Positions 8,706-18,215 of a stretch of DNA of 64,000 nt are shown here, in pieces. Under the pieces are notes generated by a model. That model had not been told where the DNA came from. It saw only the letters and a program-made list of their open reading frames with translations, and did not search any database. Numbering within the stretch: the stretch's first letter is position 1; the number at the start of each line of letters is the position of its first letter. The translations under genes and the position numbers were made by a program. This DNA is from a virus (taxonomy: Duplodnaviria > Caudoviricetes): positions 32,001 to 96,000 of IMG/VR virus record IMGVR_UViG_3300037067_012088. One strand, given 5' to 3'.

Positions 8706-9431
8706 ATGGCACTAGGAAAACAAAATCGCGTGGATGGCAAAGCCTTCTCACTCAAGCTCGCAACGAAACGTAACGGCGCATTCCTCCCGCGCCCGGAATG
8801 GGAGGTCTCCTTCAAGCAGGCTGACGGTTCCTATCACACGTATACCAACGAGGAACTGAAAGGTGCCCTCGGCGTGGATGGCCCGCTTTATGATGTGGCC
8901 GGTGACCTGATTGGCGTCGAGACCCGTCTTGGCGAATACGAGGGCTCCCCCATCTACAACGTAACCCTCAACCTGCGCGACCGTGACCGCAATGAGGTCT
9001 ACTTCACCGGGTTTAGTGTGGGCAGCGCGCTCGGTCGCAAGCTGACCAATGCCGTGCTCAACCTTCCCGCGTTCGACAACGTCCAAGTCGGCCTCTACAA
9101 TCAGGTCAACAAGGACACGAAGAAGGTCTACGGTGCCGCTGCCCTCCGTCAGGGCGACAATCCCGCCACGGTCAAGGGCAAGTTCGATTTCAAGCTGGAC
9201 CCGAACCTCCAGCCGCGTGAGTTCGTGGGTAAAGGTGACAAGGTTGAGAAGGACTGGTCCAAGCCCGACCTCTTCCTGTTCGAGCAGCTCAAAGCTTTTG
9301 CGGAAACGGTGAAGGCCAGCAAGCCGGCCAAGCCTGTGACTCAAGAGAAGCCTGCTGAGTCTACTTCGGCATCTGAGACGGATGCGGGTGAAGCCGGTGG
9401 CGAAGAGAAGGCTCCTGCGTTGCCCTTTTAA
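8706..9431 (+). CDS. Putative single-stranded DNA-binding protein
   Basis: Beta-rich core, acidic flexible tail ending in LPF, followed by a terminator. Confidence 0.5.
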   Translation: MALGKQNRVDGKAFSLKLATKRNGAFLPRPEWEVSFKQADGSYHTYTNEELKGALGVDGPLYDVAGDLIGVETRLGEYEGSPIYNVTLNLRDRDRNEVYFTGFSVGSALGRKLTNAVLNLPAFDNVQVGLYNQVNKDTKKVYGAAALRQGDNPATVKGKFDFKLDPNLQPREFVGKGDKVEKDWSKPDLFLFEQLKAFAETVKASKPAKPVTQEKPAESTSASETDAGEAGGEEKAPALPF

Positions 9432-9461
9432 TCAAATCTGTTAGGTGTGTTCATCGTAGTC

Positions 9462-9492
9462 AGGCCTCGGAAACGGGGCCTTTCTGCGTTTT
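9462..9492 (+). terminator. Intrinsic terminator
   Basis: AGGCCTCG-GAAA-CGGGGCCT followed by a T-rich tail. Confidence 0.8.
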
Positions 9493-9518
9493 TAGGGAGG
9501 CTTTATCGAGGGGCGCGG

Positions 9519-9546
9519 TTGACAGTGGCGCGCAGGAGGTTAGGAT
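9519..9546 (+). promoter_or_regulatory. Sigma70-type promoter TTGACA-N16-TAGGAT
   Basis: ATG 9554 lies 7 nt after the -10 box (leaderless). Confidence 0.65.
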
Positions 9547-9553
9547 AAGGGAT

Positions 9554-10609
9554 ATGGCATTTTCTCACTTAACTCCCGAACAGCGTCAAGCTACTTTGGA
9601 TGAATTGATGAGGACTAGATCATTAACTAAGGCTGCCGCTTTGTTTGGCATCAATCCGATGGATGTTCAATATATGAGGAAGAAAGCCGGTATTGGACCA
9701 TTCGTGACCCTACTCTCCAAAAAAGAAATGGACGAAATGGTTTTACTATATAAAACGGGATTAAGTAGTTATGAGGTGGCAAGAAAATTAAATCGCTCAT
9801 ATAAAAGCGTCACAAATGCTTTAGAACGTGCGGGAGAAAATACGAGGGACGCGCATCATTGTAACAAACAATTGAGTGTTAAAGAGGACTATTTCGAATC
9901 TATCGACACTCCCACCAAGGCGTATCTGTTGGGTTTTATTTTTGCCGATGGCAATACTTTTGGCACTCGATTTAAGATGTCTCTAGCAGAAGTCGATAAA
10001 TATTTTCTTGAAATGTTTAAGGCGGAGATTGAACATACAGGAGATCTCTATTTTGAAGAGGTTGAGAAAGAAGAAAGACAGAACATGTGGTCTCTTACGA
10101 TCTACAGTAAGAAAATGACAGACGACTTGAAGAGACATGGAGTTATTGAGAACAAAGAAAATCGAGTAGAATATCCTAGATATCTTCCCAATGAGTTACG
10201 TAGATATTTCTTTCATGGACTACTAGATGGAGACGGATGTGTCACTGCGGATAAGGTTGGTCGCGGAACGACTTTATCGGTAAGCATACATGGAGCTATT
10301 ACTTTGATACCCGAAATAAGGAATGCGATAAGAGAAGAGACGGGGCTAAAAGGAATCTTCATTAAGAAAAAGAAAGGACACGGCTGTCGTGTTAGCTTTC
10401 GTGGAACGCAGGCTATTTTAATGGCTAATTATTTATACGAGATGACATCAAAGTTCTTTCTTAAGAGAAAACTATATCGATATAAAGACATACTAAGCAT
10501 GCTAAGGCTTAGCTATGATAATCGCAGGCCCAATACCAGAAAACAAATCTTGGAAGGAGAGCGTATAATAAATTTACATGAACAGACACCGTATTTTACT
10601 TCAAACTGA
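9554..10609 (+). mobile_element. Free-standing LAGLIDADG homing endonuclease with N-terminal HTH
   Basis: 'AYLLGFIFADG' and 'YFFHGLLDGDG'; markedly AT-rich relative to flanks. Confidence 0.88.
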
Positions 10610-12518
10610 TCCTACAATCGTAAGCACCGGCCTAAGTGAGAACGCTAAGACCCTCCTTCGCTACCTCCACAAGACCGGCAAATATGACCTAGCTCATTAT
10701 TGGCAGCAGGGCACGTCAACCATTCATCCCGAGTTGGGCTATCTACCGTGGAAGGGATATGGCTCCATTCCGCCCGATCCCGCGTTGATTCAACAAATCA
10801 ATTCGGACCCACAGCGCGCCCGAGATGCTAGCTATGGATCGTTCAATATCGACGCCGCAGTCAAAGACTTCAAACCCACGATTTGGATTGGATCAAATGA
10901 CGGATGGGCCTACCCGAAACACGCCTACATGGACAAGCCGTGGTATAAGGCTATCAACTCCGTTCCTCATATCACCATTGATTCCCGCCCGACGCTCGAT
11001 ATGTTTCTTGAGCAGGCTGTCGCATCCAAGTATTATCTCGCGTGGACCAAGTTCGGCGCGAACGAAATGAAGCGACGCGGTCCGCAATACGCACACGTTG
11101 ACTTCATCTATGGAGCGATGGATACCACTAAGTTCTCACCCATTTCAGATAAGGAGGCTATGGACCTTAGACAGCGATTTGGTATCAATCCTACGACCGT
11201 GGTGTTCCTGATGCTGGGACGTAACCAGCTTCGCAAGTCTTATCCGAATGTGCTCGATGGTCTAGCTAGGTTCAAGCGCGAGAATCCTCAGGCCGATGTC
11301 AAGGTTCTGTTTCATACGGCTTTTCACGAACAGGGTCAAGGCTGGAACATTCCCAAGCTTGCCGCAGAATATGGAGTGAACATGGCCGACGTTCTCGCGA
11401 CTTATTCGTGCAAGAAGTGCGGTCAATGGCATGTCCGTCCATTCGTGGGTGAAGATATCGACTGCCCCGCATGTGGTGAAAAGAAATCGTGCATCACGAC
11501 GACTATCGTGAATCGCGTGCCCGATGACGAAATGAAGTATCTCTACGGATTGGCAAACGCCGGAATTACCGCCATGTCCTCAGGTGGCCTCGAATACAAT
11601 TCCGTGCAAACCCTCCTCTGCGGCAAACCCCTCGCTTGCACCAATTACTCTTGTGGTGAAGACTTCTGCGAACAGGATTTCGTGTTCAAGCTCGGCTACT
11701 CCGAATATCACGAGGCCGGCAACAGCTTTATCAAGGCAGCGACGAATCCAGAGGACATCAAGCGTTTCATGACCAAGGTGTGGCGCACATCAACTCGCGA
11801 CATGCAAGCGTGGGGCGAGAAGGGACGGGAATGGGCGGTCAAGACCTTTAGCATCGAGACTATCGGGGCGCAGTGGGAGCGTTTATTCGATTCCATGCCG
11901 TTTCCAAGTTGGGATAGCATTCGGCTGACGCCGGAACCCAAGAACGAAACCTTCCCCTTCCCCGAAATCGAAGATGAGGACACCTTCATTGACACCCTTT
12001 ATCGCGAGATTCTCAAGATGAATGAGCCCAAGTCGGGCAGCGGTTTCGCCAACTGGAAAACGCAGCTTAAGGGTGGTATGTCACGGCAGGACGTGTTCCT
12101 TTACTTTATCGGCGTGGCACAACAGGAGAACGCGCGCAATCAGGTGAAGCCCTTCGATCTCTGGGATTTGATCGACAAGACCACCGGTAAAGCTCGCGCT
12201 CTGTTCGTCATCAAGGAAAGTGGCGGCGATGCTCTTATCTGCACCCAACTCTTCGAATCCTTCCATCGCGAGTATCCTAACCACGATCTCTACATCGCAG
12301 TGGACCCCAAGTTCGCCGACGTATTCGTGGGTAACCCCCACGTGTTTCGCGTGCTCCAGTATCAACCCATGATGGAGAGCGAACTGGCCATGACCGGCGC
12401 GGGCGCGAAGGATGCCTACTTCAACGTGTTTCTACATCCCGCGATCCCCACGCAACGGCATTTGGGCTACTTGTCTTCCAGCACTGCCGCGTTGACCCCT
12501 TATCTCGACTTACCATGA
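10578..12518 (+). CDS. Multidomain glycosyltransferase: GT4-like with CxxC/CxxC insert, small helical domain, and GT9-like N-terminal lobe
   Basis: 'GRNQLRKS', 'SSGGLEY', CKKC/CPAC; C-terminal 'ESGGDALICTQLFESFHREYP...VGNPHV'. Confidence 0.8.
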   Translation: MNRHRILLQTDPTIVSTGLSENAKTLLRYLHKTGKYDLAHYWQQGTSTIHPELGYLPWKGYGSIPPDPALIQQINSDPQRARDASYGSFNIDAAVKDFKPTIWIGSNDGWAYPKHAYMDKPWYKAINSVPHITIDSRPTLDMFLEQAVASKYYLAWTKFGANEMKRRGPQYAHVDFIYGAMDTTKFSPISDKEAMDLRQRFGINPTTVVFLMLGRNQLRKSYPNVLDGLARFKRENPQADVKVLFHTAFHEQGQGWNIPKLAAEYGVNMADVLATYSCKKCGQWHVRPFVGEDIDCPACGEKKSCITTTIVNRVPDDEMKYLYGLANAGITAMSSGGLEYNSVQTLLCGKPLACTNYSCGEDFCEQDFVFKLGYSEYHEAGNSFIKAATNPEDIKRFMTKVWRTSTRDMQAWGEKGREWAVKTFSIETIGAQWERLFDSMPFPSWDSIRLTPEPKNETFPFPEIEDEDTFIDTLYREILKMNEPKSGSGFANWKTQLKGGMSRQDVFLYFIGVAQQENARNQVKPFDLWDLIDKTTGKARALFVIKESGGDALICTQLFESFHREYPNHDLYIAVDPKFADVFVGNPHVFRVLQYQPMMESELAMTGAGAKDAYFNVFLHPAIPTQRHLGYLSSSTAALTPYLDLP

Positions 12519-13738
12519 AGCTTCTCCCCCGCTACGCCTCAATGCTCGGCCTCCAGATAGGCAAGCAGCACCTCCTAGAGCAGTTCTTCCCCCTCTCGTT
12601 CTCGCGCTACATCACCCTGCACGCGGGGTCTGGGATGCCGGGCAAGAATTATCCGTCATTCGCCGAAGTCGTCAACCTCATCAAACCCTATCTCGCCGCC
12701 GCGCATATTGAGATCGTTCAACTGGGAGCCAAAGAAGATGGGCCTATCCCCGGATGTCATCACACCATGGGACAGACCTCCAAGCATCAGGCCAACTATC
12801 TTGTGGGGCGGTCCATGTTACATTTAGCGAACGATTCGATATGGTGCCACCGAGCGGGACATCTAGGTATTCCGTTGGTTGAACTGTTCGCGACAACGAG
12901 TGAGGCGAACCACGCACCTTATCAGTTCGGCTCCAAGACGCGTTTCGTCTCCTCTCATCGGCGCGGTCACAACCCCACTTTCGCGATGCAGGAGAGTCCC
13001 TCAACAGCGGCGTTCATCGACCCCTTCACCGTCGCCCGCGCCGTGCTCGACCTCCTCGAAATCCCGCACACTATCACTCAGCACACCCTCCTCGCCGGTC
13101 AAGCCTACAACGCCACCATGCTGGACTGGATTCCGGACCAAGTGGTCGCTCCCGGCTTTAACCCCGAACTCCCCCTCGCCGCGCGCCTCGATATCCATCA
13201 TGACGAGAACGTGCTGGCCGCGACCCTGAATACGGGGCGCAAGGCCAACATCGTATGTAAGGCCCCCATCGCGCTCCCTCTCCTCGCTCACTTCAAGCCC
13301 AGCATCCAGACCCTCAGCTTCGAGGTCAATGAAGATACACCTCTTGACTACGTGCTCCAGCTTAAGAAGACTCTTCAGGGGCTCACTTTCTTTTCGCGCG
13401 AATCCGACGCCAAGAAGCTGTCCGACATCCGGTTCAAGTTCTTCGATGTGGTTAACGTGCAGCATCTTCCGCACAAGACGCGCGCGGACTTCGAGCGTGA
13501 ATCGGCCGAGTATACCAATCGCCCCGTCGAGGAAGTCAAGATTGATATTGACAACGCTCTCAAGTCTGGTAATCTCAAGTTCAAGACCCAGAAATTCGTG
13601 CTCAACAAGGGAAAGATATACTTGTCACTCGCTCATGCCGCCGCCGATATCCCCATGGAGGGCGATAAGCGTTGTGGCACCGTGATTGACAGTCCCGAGT
13701 TCTGGCGAGACCTCAACCACTTCATGCTTTATGCCTAA
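12515..13738 (+). CDS. GT9 (heptosyltransferase-like) C-terminal lobe fused to an unknown domain
   Basis: 'YITLHAGSG..KNYP', 'IVQLG', 'HLANDSIWCHRAGHLGIPLVELF' (DS..H.A...P...LF motif). Confidence 0.75.
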   Translation: MKLLPRYASMLGLQIGKQHLLEQFFPLSFSRYITLHAGSGMPGKNYPSFAEVVNLIKPYLAAAHIEIVQLGAKEDGPIPGCHHTMGQTSKHQANYLVGRSMLHLANDSIWCHRAGHLGIPLVELFATTSEANHAPYQFGSKTRFVSSHRRGHNPTFAMQESPSTAAFIDPFTVARAVLDLLEIPHTITQHTLLAGQAYNATMLDWIPDQVVAPGFNPELPLAARLDIHHDENVLAATLNTGRKANIVCKAPIALPLLAHFKPSIQTLSFEVNEDTPLDYVLQLKKTLQGLTFFSRESDAKKLSDIRFKFFDVVNVQHLPHKTRADFERESAEYTNRPVEEVKIDIDNALKSGNLKFKTQKFVLNKGKIYLSLAHAAADIPMEGDKRCGTVIDSPEFWRDLNHFMLYA

Positions 13739-13865
13739 GACTCCCAACATTAAACCCTACCAATATCGCGTATCCAAGAAAGGGGCGGTCGAGGTGCGAC
13801 CCCGCTTTCGCAAAGCTAAGCACAAGGGCTACTGTGCCGGCGCATTCGGGAGGCCTGTAAAGTGA
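13731..13865 (+). CDS. Small basic protein (44 aa, below the ORF-track cut-off)
   Basis: MPKTPNIKPYQYRVSKKGAVEVRPRFRKAKHKGYCAGAFGRPVK; overlaps the previous stop and the next GTG. Confidence 0.55.
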   Translation: MPKTPNIKPYQYRVSKKGAVEVRPRFRKAKHKGYCAGAFGRPVK

Positions 13866-14683
13866 GTAACCGTGATGAGAATGGTCTGTTGACCAACACC
13901 ATCTACCCGCGCAAGGAGAGCGGGCTTGTCAACTGGCGAGCCATCCTCCTGCCCGAGCACCTCTACGTCAATCCAGATCACGAGAAGCCGTTGATGATGC
14001 AGTTCGGCGTCACCAATCGCCGCCATATCGATGTGACCAAGGTGGAGGATAGCAAGTTACTGGTCAATCTCGCGGGCTGGCGACACCTCCTCCGTTTGCG
14101 CGGGTTCACGGCAGTGCGGTTTAGCGTGGACTCGACAGCCGAGAAAGTGACCGCCGTCTGCTCCATCGACTTCACCCCCAATTTCGAGACCGGCGGCATC
14201 GCGCAAACGTGGTCTGAGTCCGGTAACGGCTCTCTCTACAACGTGTCGGGCAAGTTCCAGCTCTACCTTGAGACACAGGCCACGAACCGGGCTTTCGCGC
14301 GCTGTGTGCGGACCTACCTTGAGGTGCCCATCTACGGGTTTGACGAATTCGATGCGGCCAAGAACGCCGAGTTCGAGGAAGCCTTGAAGAGTGGCGTGAA
14401 CCCCCTTATCGCGCCCAAGGTGGAGCCCGTTACCTCAACCAACCCCGACCTCAAGGCTTGGGAACGTGTCCGCACCGTGGCAACACAGAAAGGCTTCACC
14501 TTCGAGCAGGTCCGCGCTAGCGCTCAAGGAGTCTACGACAAGTGTCAGAAAGACCCCGAGTTCGCCAAGACCAACCGGCTTAACCTGAATCCCGCTGACT
14601 GGACTGATTTCGGCTCCATTGACGGGTTGGATGCGTATACCATTCTTGACCTGATGGCGAAGGCCGAGAAGCGCAAGAAATAG
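13862..14683 (+). CDS. Putative ssDNA-annealing protein (Rad52/Sak-like fold)
   Basis: 'YLETQATNRAFARCVRTYL' helix after beta strands resembles annealase cores. Confidence 0.45.
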   Translation: MSNRDENGLLTNTIYPRKESGLVNWRAILLPEHLYVNPDHEKPLMMQFGVTNRRHIDVTKVEDSKLLVNLAGWRHLLRLRGFTAVRFSVDSTAEKVTAVCSIDFTPNFETGGIAQTWSESGNGSLYNVSGKFQLYLETQATNRAFARCVRTYLEVPIYGFDEFDAAKNAEFEEALKSGVNPLIAPKVEPVTSTNPDLKAWERVRTVATQKGFTFEQVRASAQGVYDKCQKDPEFAKTNRLNLNPADWTDFGSIDGLDAYTILDLMAKAEKRKK

Positions 14684-14686
14684 AGT

Positions 14687-14712
14687 GTCAAACGACCCGT
14701 TTCCCGGTGTAT
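14687..14712 (+). promoter_or_regulatory. Phage late-type promoter GTCAAAC-N12-GGTGTAT
   Basis: Same boxes as the promoter at 53061-53086. Confidence 0.75.
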
Positions 14713-14764
14713 ATAGCACCGTGAGATCAAGGAAAAAGGAGGGCTCCTTAGACGGAGTCATTTA

Positions 14765-15655
14765 ATGGCCCTATTCATTCTGGGACCGGACCCGGCAGGA
14801 ACGTGCTGCGATTGTAGTGCACGGGCGAATCCGTGTGATAGTTGTGAAGAGTTATGTCGTTCGAAAACTGGTGTTATTCAACTTGTTGAATGCGTTGGAC
14901 AGGGAACTAGCTACACGGTTGACGAAACCTTTCCGGTGGGTCCTAATACCGTTCATATAAGATTTACTCTTGTTGCTACATCTAATAGCGATGGAACGTG
15001 GACGGTTACGTTAACCGAGCTAACGGCAACAAATAATGGGGTTCCTTATCCAGACCCTAGTTTGTGTGGCCCACTACCTGCTACCGCGAATCCTTGCGTA
15101 GTCTTCCTTAGCCAGTGTTCAAATTCAGCCTCTAGATGGAGGGTGGGCAGCACCGATACGATAAACGATTGTTCTTTTTTCGGCGGAAATCCCGGGTGGT
15201 GCTTCTATACAGAAGAGAATCCCACTTTCTTTGCATTTGCTGCGGTTGTTCAGGCAGATGGCTGGACGGACTATCACTGCCTAACGAGCGCCGCGCTTGA
15301 CAATCTGTCGCAGTTATCGTTTGATGAGACTCCAGACTGTTCGAGTTCGTATATCGGTAGCGTTTCTATTTATGATACCGGACAATTTCCTATAAGGTAT
15401 TTTGAACAAAGACTTCAACTTGATGATTTAATTGTTGGGCATCAGTATGTGTTAACAATTAATTGGGAGTCCAGAGCATATCCCTCTGGAGGTTCGTGGA
15501 GCGACTTCTCTACCGATCAAGTAGTTTTTGAGGCGACAGGTTCATCAGAGCTTTCTCCGTGGGTTTCTCCATTTGATATATCTGGAGCGATATGTAGTCA
15601 GATGGACGGTAAGGAAGTAAGACTAAAAGACTATTCTGTTGAGGAACTTCCCTGA
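14765..15655 (+). CDS. Cysteine-rich protein, possible virion adhesin
   Basis: N-terminal CCDC..PCDSC..C; AT-rich body; late promoter upstream. Confidence 0.65.
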   Translation: MALFILGPDPAGTCCDCSARANPCDSCEELCRSKTGVIQLVECVGQGTSYTVDETFPVGPNTVHIRFTLVATSNSDGTWTVTLTELTATNNGVPYPDPSLCGPLPATANPCVVFLSQCSNSASRWRVGSTDTINDCSFFGGNPGWCFYTEENPTFFAFAAVVQADGWTDYHCLTSAALDNLSQLSFDETPDCSSSYIGSVSIYDTGQFPIRYFEQRLQLDDLIVGHQYVLTINWESRAYPSGGSWSDFSTDQVVFEATGSSELSPWVSPFDISGAICSQMDGKEVRLKDYSVEELP

Positions 15656-15662
15656 TGAATCG

Positions 15663-15983
15663 ATGAGAAACGTAACTAAAAAATCTATATATCACCAACA
15701 AAATACTGAGTCTACTAAACTAGAATCTCCAGAAGTTGTCAGTCAAGTTTCTCTTCCCTCTCGTTGGCAGATGCTCAAGAACCTTGTCGAGGCCACAAGA
15801 GATGTAATAGTAGATGGAGCAGAAGCTCGTTCTGAAAGTGAAGTAGATACTGCACTTGGCATATGCGCAGTTTGCCCCCATTTTATTGTCAATCAATGGG
15901 GCGGTCGTTGTGGTCGATGCGGATGTAAAACTTCGTTCAAGGTAAAACTTCGCGCTTGGCACTGTCCCATAGGTAAATGGTAA
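15663..15983 (+). CDS. Cys-cluster protein (DUF6171-like)
   Basis: 'CAVCPH...RCGRCGC...K.....HCPIGKW'. Confidence 0.7.
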   Translation: MRNVTKKSIYHQQNTESTKLESPEVVSQVSLPSRWQMLKNLVEATRDVIVDGAEARSESEVDTALGICAVCPHFIVNQWGGRCGRCGCKTSFKVKLRAWHCPIGKW

Positions 15984-15984
15984 G

Positions 15985-16356
15985 TTAAGAGGCCCCCGTC
16001 GTATAAGGGGCCGAACACAATACTAACATCTTCTTCGCCACGGACGAATCGCAGACATCGACCTCTCTCAACTGGAACGTAAGCGCCGCCGCCGCCGCAT
16101 TGGGGTGTGCCGCAATGATGGTCTGGACATCCCCTACGTTGAATGAAAGCTGTGCTACCTTGGTGGGCGTCGCTACTCCCGACACCTGTGTCAGGTTGAT
16201 ATAGACTCGCTCCAAGATATCAGGACGTCCCGCTTGCCCGAAGCCAATCGCCTCCCATGTGGTGGCGAGATTGCGCCCAAGATAGAGTTGGGTCCCGTAA
16301 GAGGAACCGGTGGGTGTATAACCTACATTGGTGGGATAATAGATAGGAGTGCTCAT
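15985..16356 (-). CDS. Putative tail-tip protein
   Basis: Last ATGA-coupled gene of the tail operon. Confidence 0.6.
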   Translation of the reverse strand: MSTPIYYPTNVGYTPTGSSYGTQLYLGRNLATTWEAIGFGQAGRPDILERVYINLTQVSGVATPTKVAQLSFNVGDVQTIIAAHPNAAAAALTFQLREVDVCDSSVAKKMLVLCSAPYTTGAS

Positions 16357-18215
16357 AAGAAAGAAAGGGTTTGCGAGATGGGGTTAAGGACATCGGCACC
16401 GGATATCACCAGTGCGGCGGAATCACCGGATACGCCGGAATAGCCAACCTGCCAGTTGATGTAGGTGTTCGGCGGAAAGATACCGGTGGCGCGATATGAG
16501 TCTCCCAGCAGGGGGATAGGCACAAGGCTAGAAGCCGCAGTGCCGGTATACATCGCCCACGAACCGCTAAAGGTCTTGGTTGAGATGACGTTCGTGAGAC
16601 CTGTGATGTAGCCCGAGTATAAACCGCTGCCCGTAATGAGAGTCGGAAACGCGCCCGTATAGGGTTGACCGATGGGATAGACCACCACACCCGTTGACCC
16701 AATCCCGTCCGCGCCGCCGATGAGGTTGCCGTCTCCCGGCGAAACCCAATCGCTGGATATCACGATATCGTTGCCGTCAACGCCCGCCGTCAAAGCGGTC
16801 AGGCGAATGATGGAGGCACCATCATAAACTCCGTTCACACCCACCTCGGTGAAGCCCGACAAGCAAGGTGCGATACCCGTGATCTGAGTAAGGACATCCA
16901 TGAGATAGGTGCCGTCACCCACGCATGAGGGAGCGGGATCGTCGCCGGGACCACCCGCCGCGCGCATGGTGAAGACCGACAGCCCATTGGTGATTGAGAA
17001 CCCATCTGCGGGACTATAGCTTGTGAAGTCGAGATAGCCTGTGGCATAGGTCCCCGCGCCGGTCGGGAAGAGAGACAGACCGTTTAGACCCACTCCGACC
17101 AGAGGATAGGTCACCGTAAGGGTGCCAGACCCGCCGTAGATGAAGCCTGTCGCGAGACCGGTGAAATCGCCCACGGCCAGACCCGTGTAGTTGAATCCCG
17201 ACGCGATGCCCGTTCCCACGCCACTGAAGAACCCGGTCGCAGCACCAGTCGCCCACGCAAAACCCGAGACGGGATAAGTGCCGGTTTGCGAGGCATAGAG
17301 TCCCGTTAAGAGTCCCGACTGCTGGAATCGACCAATTCCCGCCGTTGAAAACCCCGTAGCCGCGCCCGTGGATAGGCCCGAACCCGCCAGATAGCTCAGG
17401 TTGATGTCCAGTAGGGTATCGAATCCCGTGGAGACGAAGCCCCCTGAGTAGTTGAGCCATGTGATATCACGGTTCAGGATGTCGTCCGAATTGAACTCGA
17501 AATCAGTCGGTGCCGTCAGATACACGTAGCGTCCCAGAGAGGTGGCGTCGATGATGTAGAACAGCACGGACTCGTCACCATAGTTGGTGTTGAAGGTCGT
17601 GAGGATGGGTTGCGTCAGATCGAGGTTGACGAAATCACCCGTATACGCGAAGGCCCCCGAGTTGGTGGCGGCGACATTTCCTTGGAGCTTGCCGAAGGTG
17701 TAGTTCTGCGTCGCGAGGATAGTCGAATCGAACACGTTGATAGGATAGCCCCCGTCGTTCACGAAGTAACCTGTCACACCCGCTTGGCCGGTAGTCAGGA
17801 AGTAACCTTGTGTCGTGATGGTGCGTAGAGCAGCATTATCGCCGCTCACGTAAAGATCGAAGGTGGCTCCAAGAGAGGCATTCGCTCTGTTGAAGTAGAA
17901 GTAGTCTACGTTTCCCGTTGCCTTCGGCGAACCGTAGACGAGAGGCGCACCGTCCTTGATGACGTTGGCAGTCCCACTAGTAAACTGGCCTTCAATCGTG
18001 AAGGGTTCGTCCGCCTGATAGGTGTGGATGAACTGGGAGCCGTAGTAGAGGTAACCGCTGCTCAGGGTGAACTGGAGCACCCCTTGCGCGCCGGAGAGGC
18101 CAAACTGATACTGACCAGTGGTGTTATCGACAGTGCAGTTCATGCCAAAACCGTAGTTGCCCGTCTGCGTATATAGGTTGCGATAGACCGCTAATTGAGA
18201 CCCCGTGAATGTCAT
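16353..18215 (-). CDS. Tail tip/fibre-like structural protein
   Basis: 620 aa, G/T/S-rich with many TG/SG dipeptides; in the tail operon. Confidence 0.65.
   Translation of the reverse strand: MTFTGSQLAVYRNLYTQTGNYGFGMNCTVDNTTGQYQFGLSGAQGVLQFTLSSGYLYYGSQFIHTYQADEPFTIEGQFTSGTANVIKDGAPLVYGSPKATGNVDYFYFNRANASLGATFDLYVSGDNAALRTITTQGYFLTTGQAGVTGYFVNDGGYPINVFDSTILATQNYTFGKLQGNVAATNSGAFAYTGDFVNLDLTQPILTTFNTNYGDESVLFYIIDATSLGRYVYLTAPTDFEFNSDDILNRDITWLNYSGGFVSTGFDTLLDINLSYLAGSGLSTGAATGFSTAGIGRFQQSGLLTGLYASQTGTYPVSGFAWATGAATGFFSGVGTGIASGFNYTGLAVGDFTGLATGFIYGGSGTLTVTYPLVGVGLNGLSLFPTGAGTYATGYLDFTSYSPADGFSITNGLSVFTMRAAGGPGDDPAPSCVGDGTYLMDVLTQITGIAPCLSGFTEVGVNGVYDGASIIRLTALTAGVDGNDIVISSDWVSPGDGNLIGGADGIGSTGVVVYPIGQPYTGAFPTLITGSGLYSGYITGLTNVISTKTFSGSWAMYTGTAASSLVPIPLLGDSYRATGIFPPNTYINWQVGYSGVSGDSAALVISGADVLNPISQTLSFL

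Noticed and set aside
14765-15983. DGR target or invertible cassette
   Set aside because: No reverse transcriptase, template repeat, recombinase or flanking inverted repeats found
16294-16319. GGTGTAT/ATACACC hits inside genes (also near 13335, 35152, 51195)
   Set aside because: Lack the upstream box at 12-bp spacing; treated as chance matches
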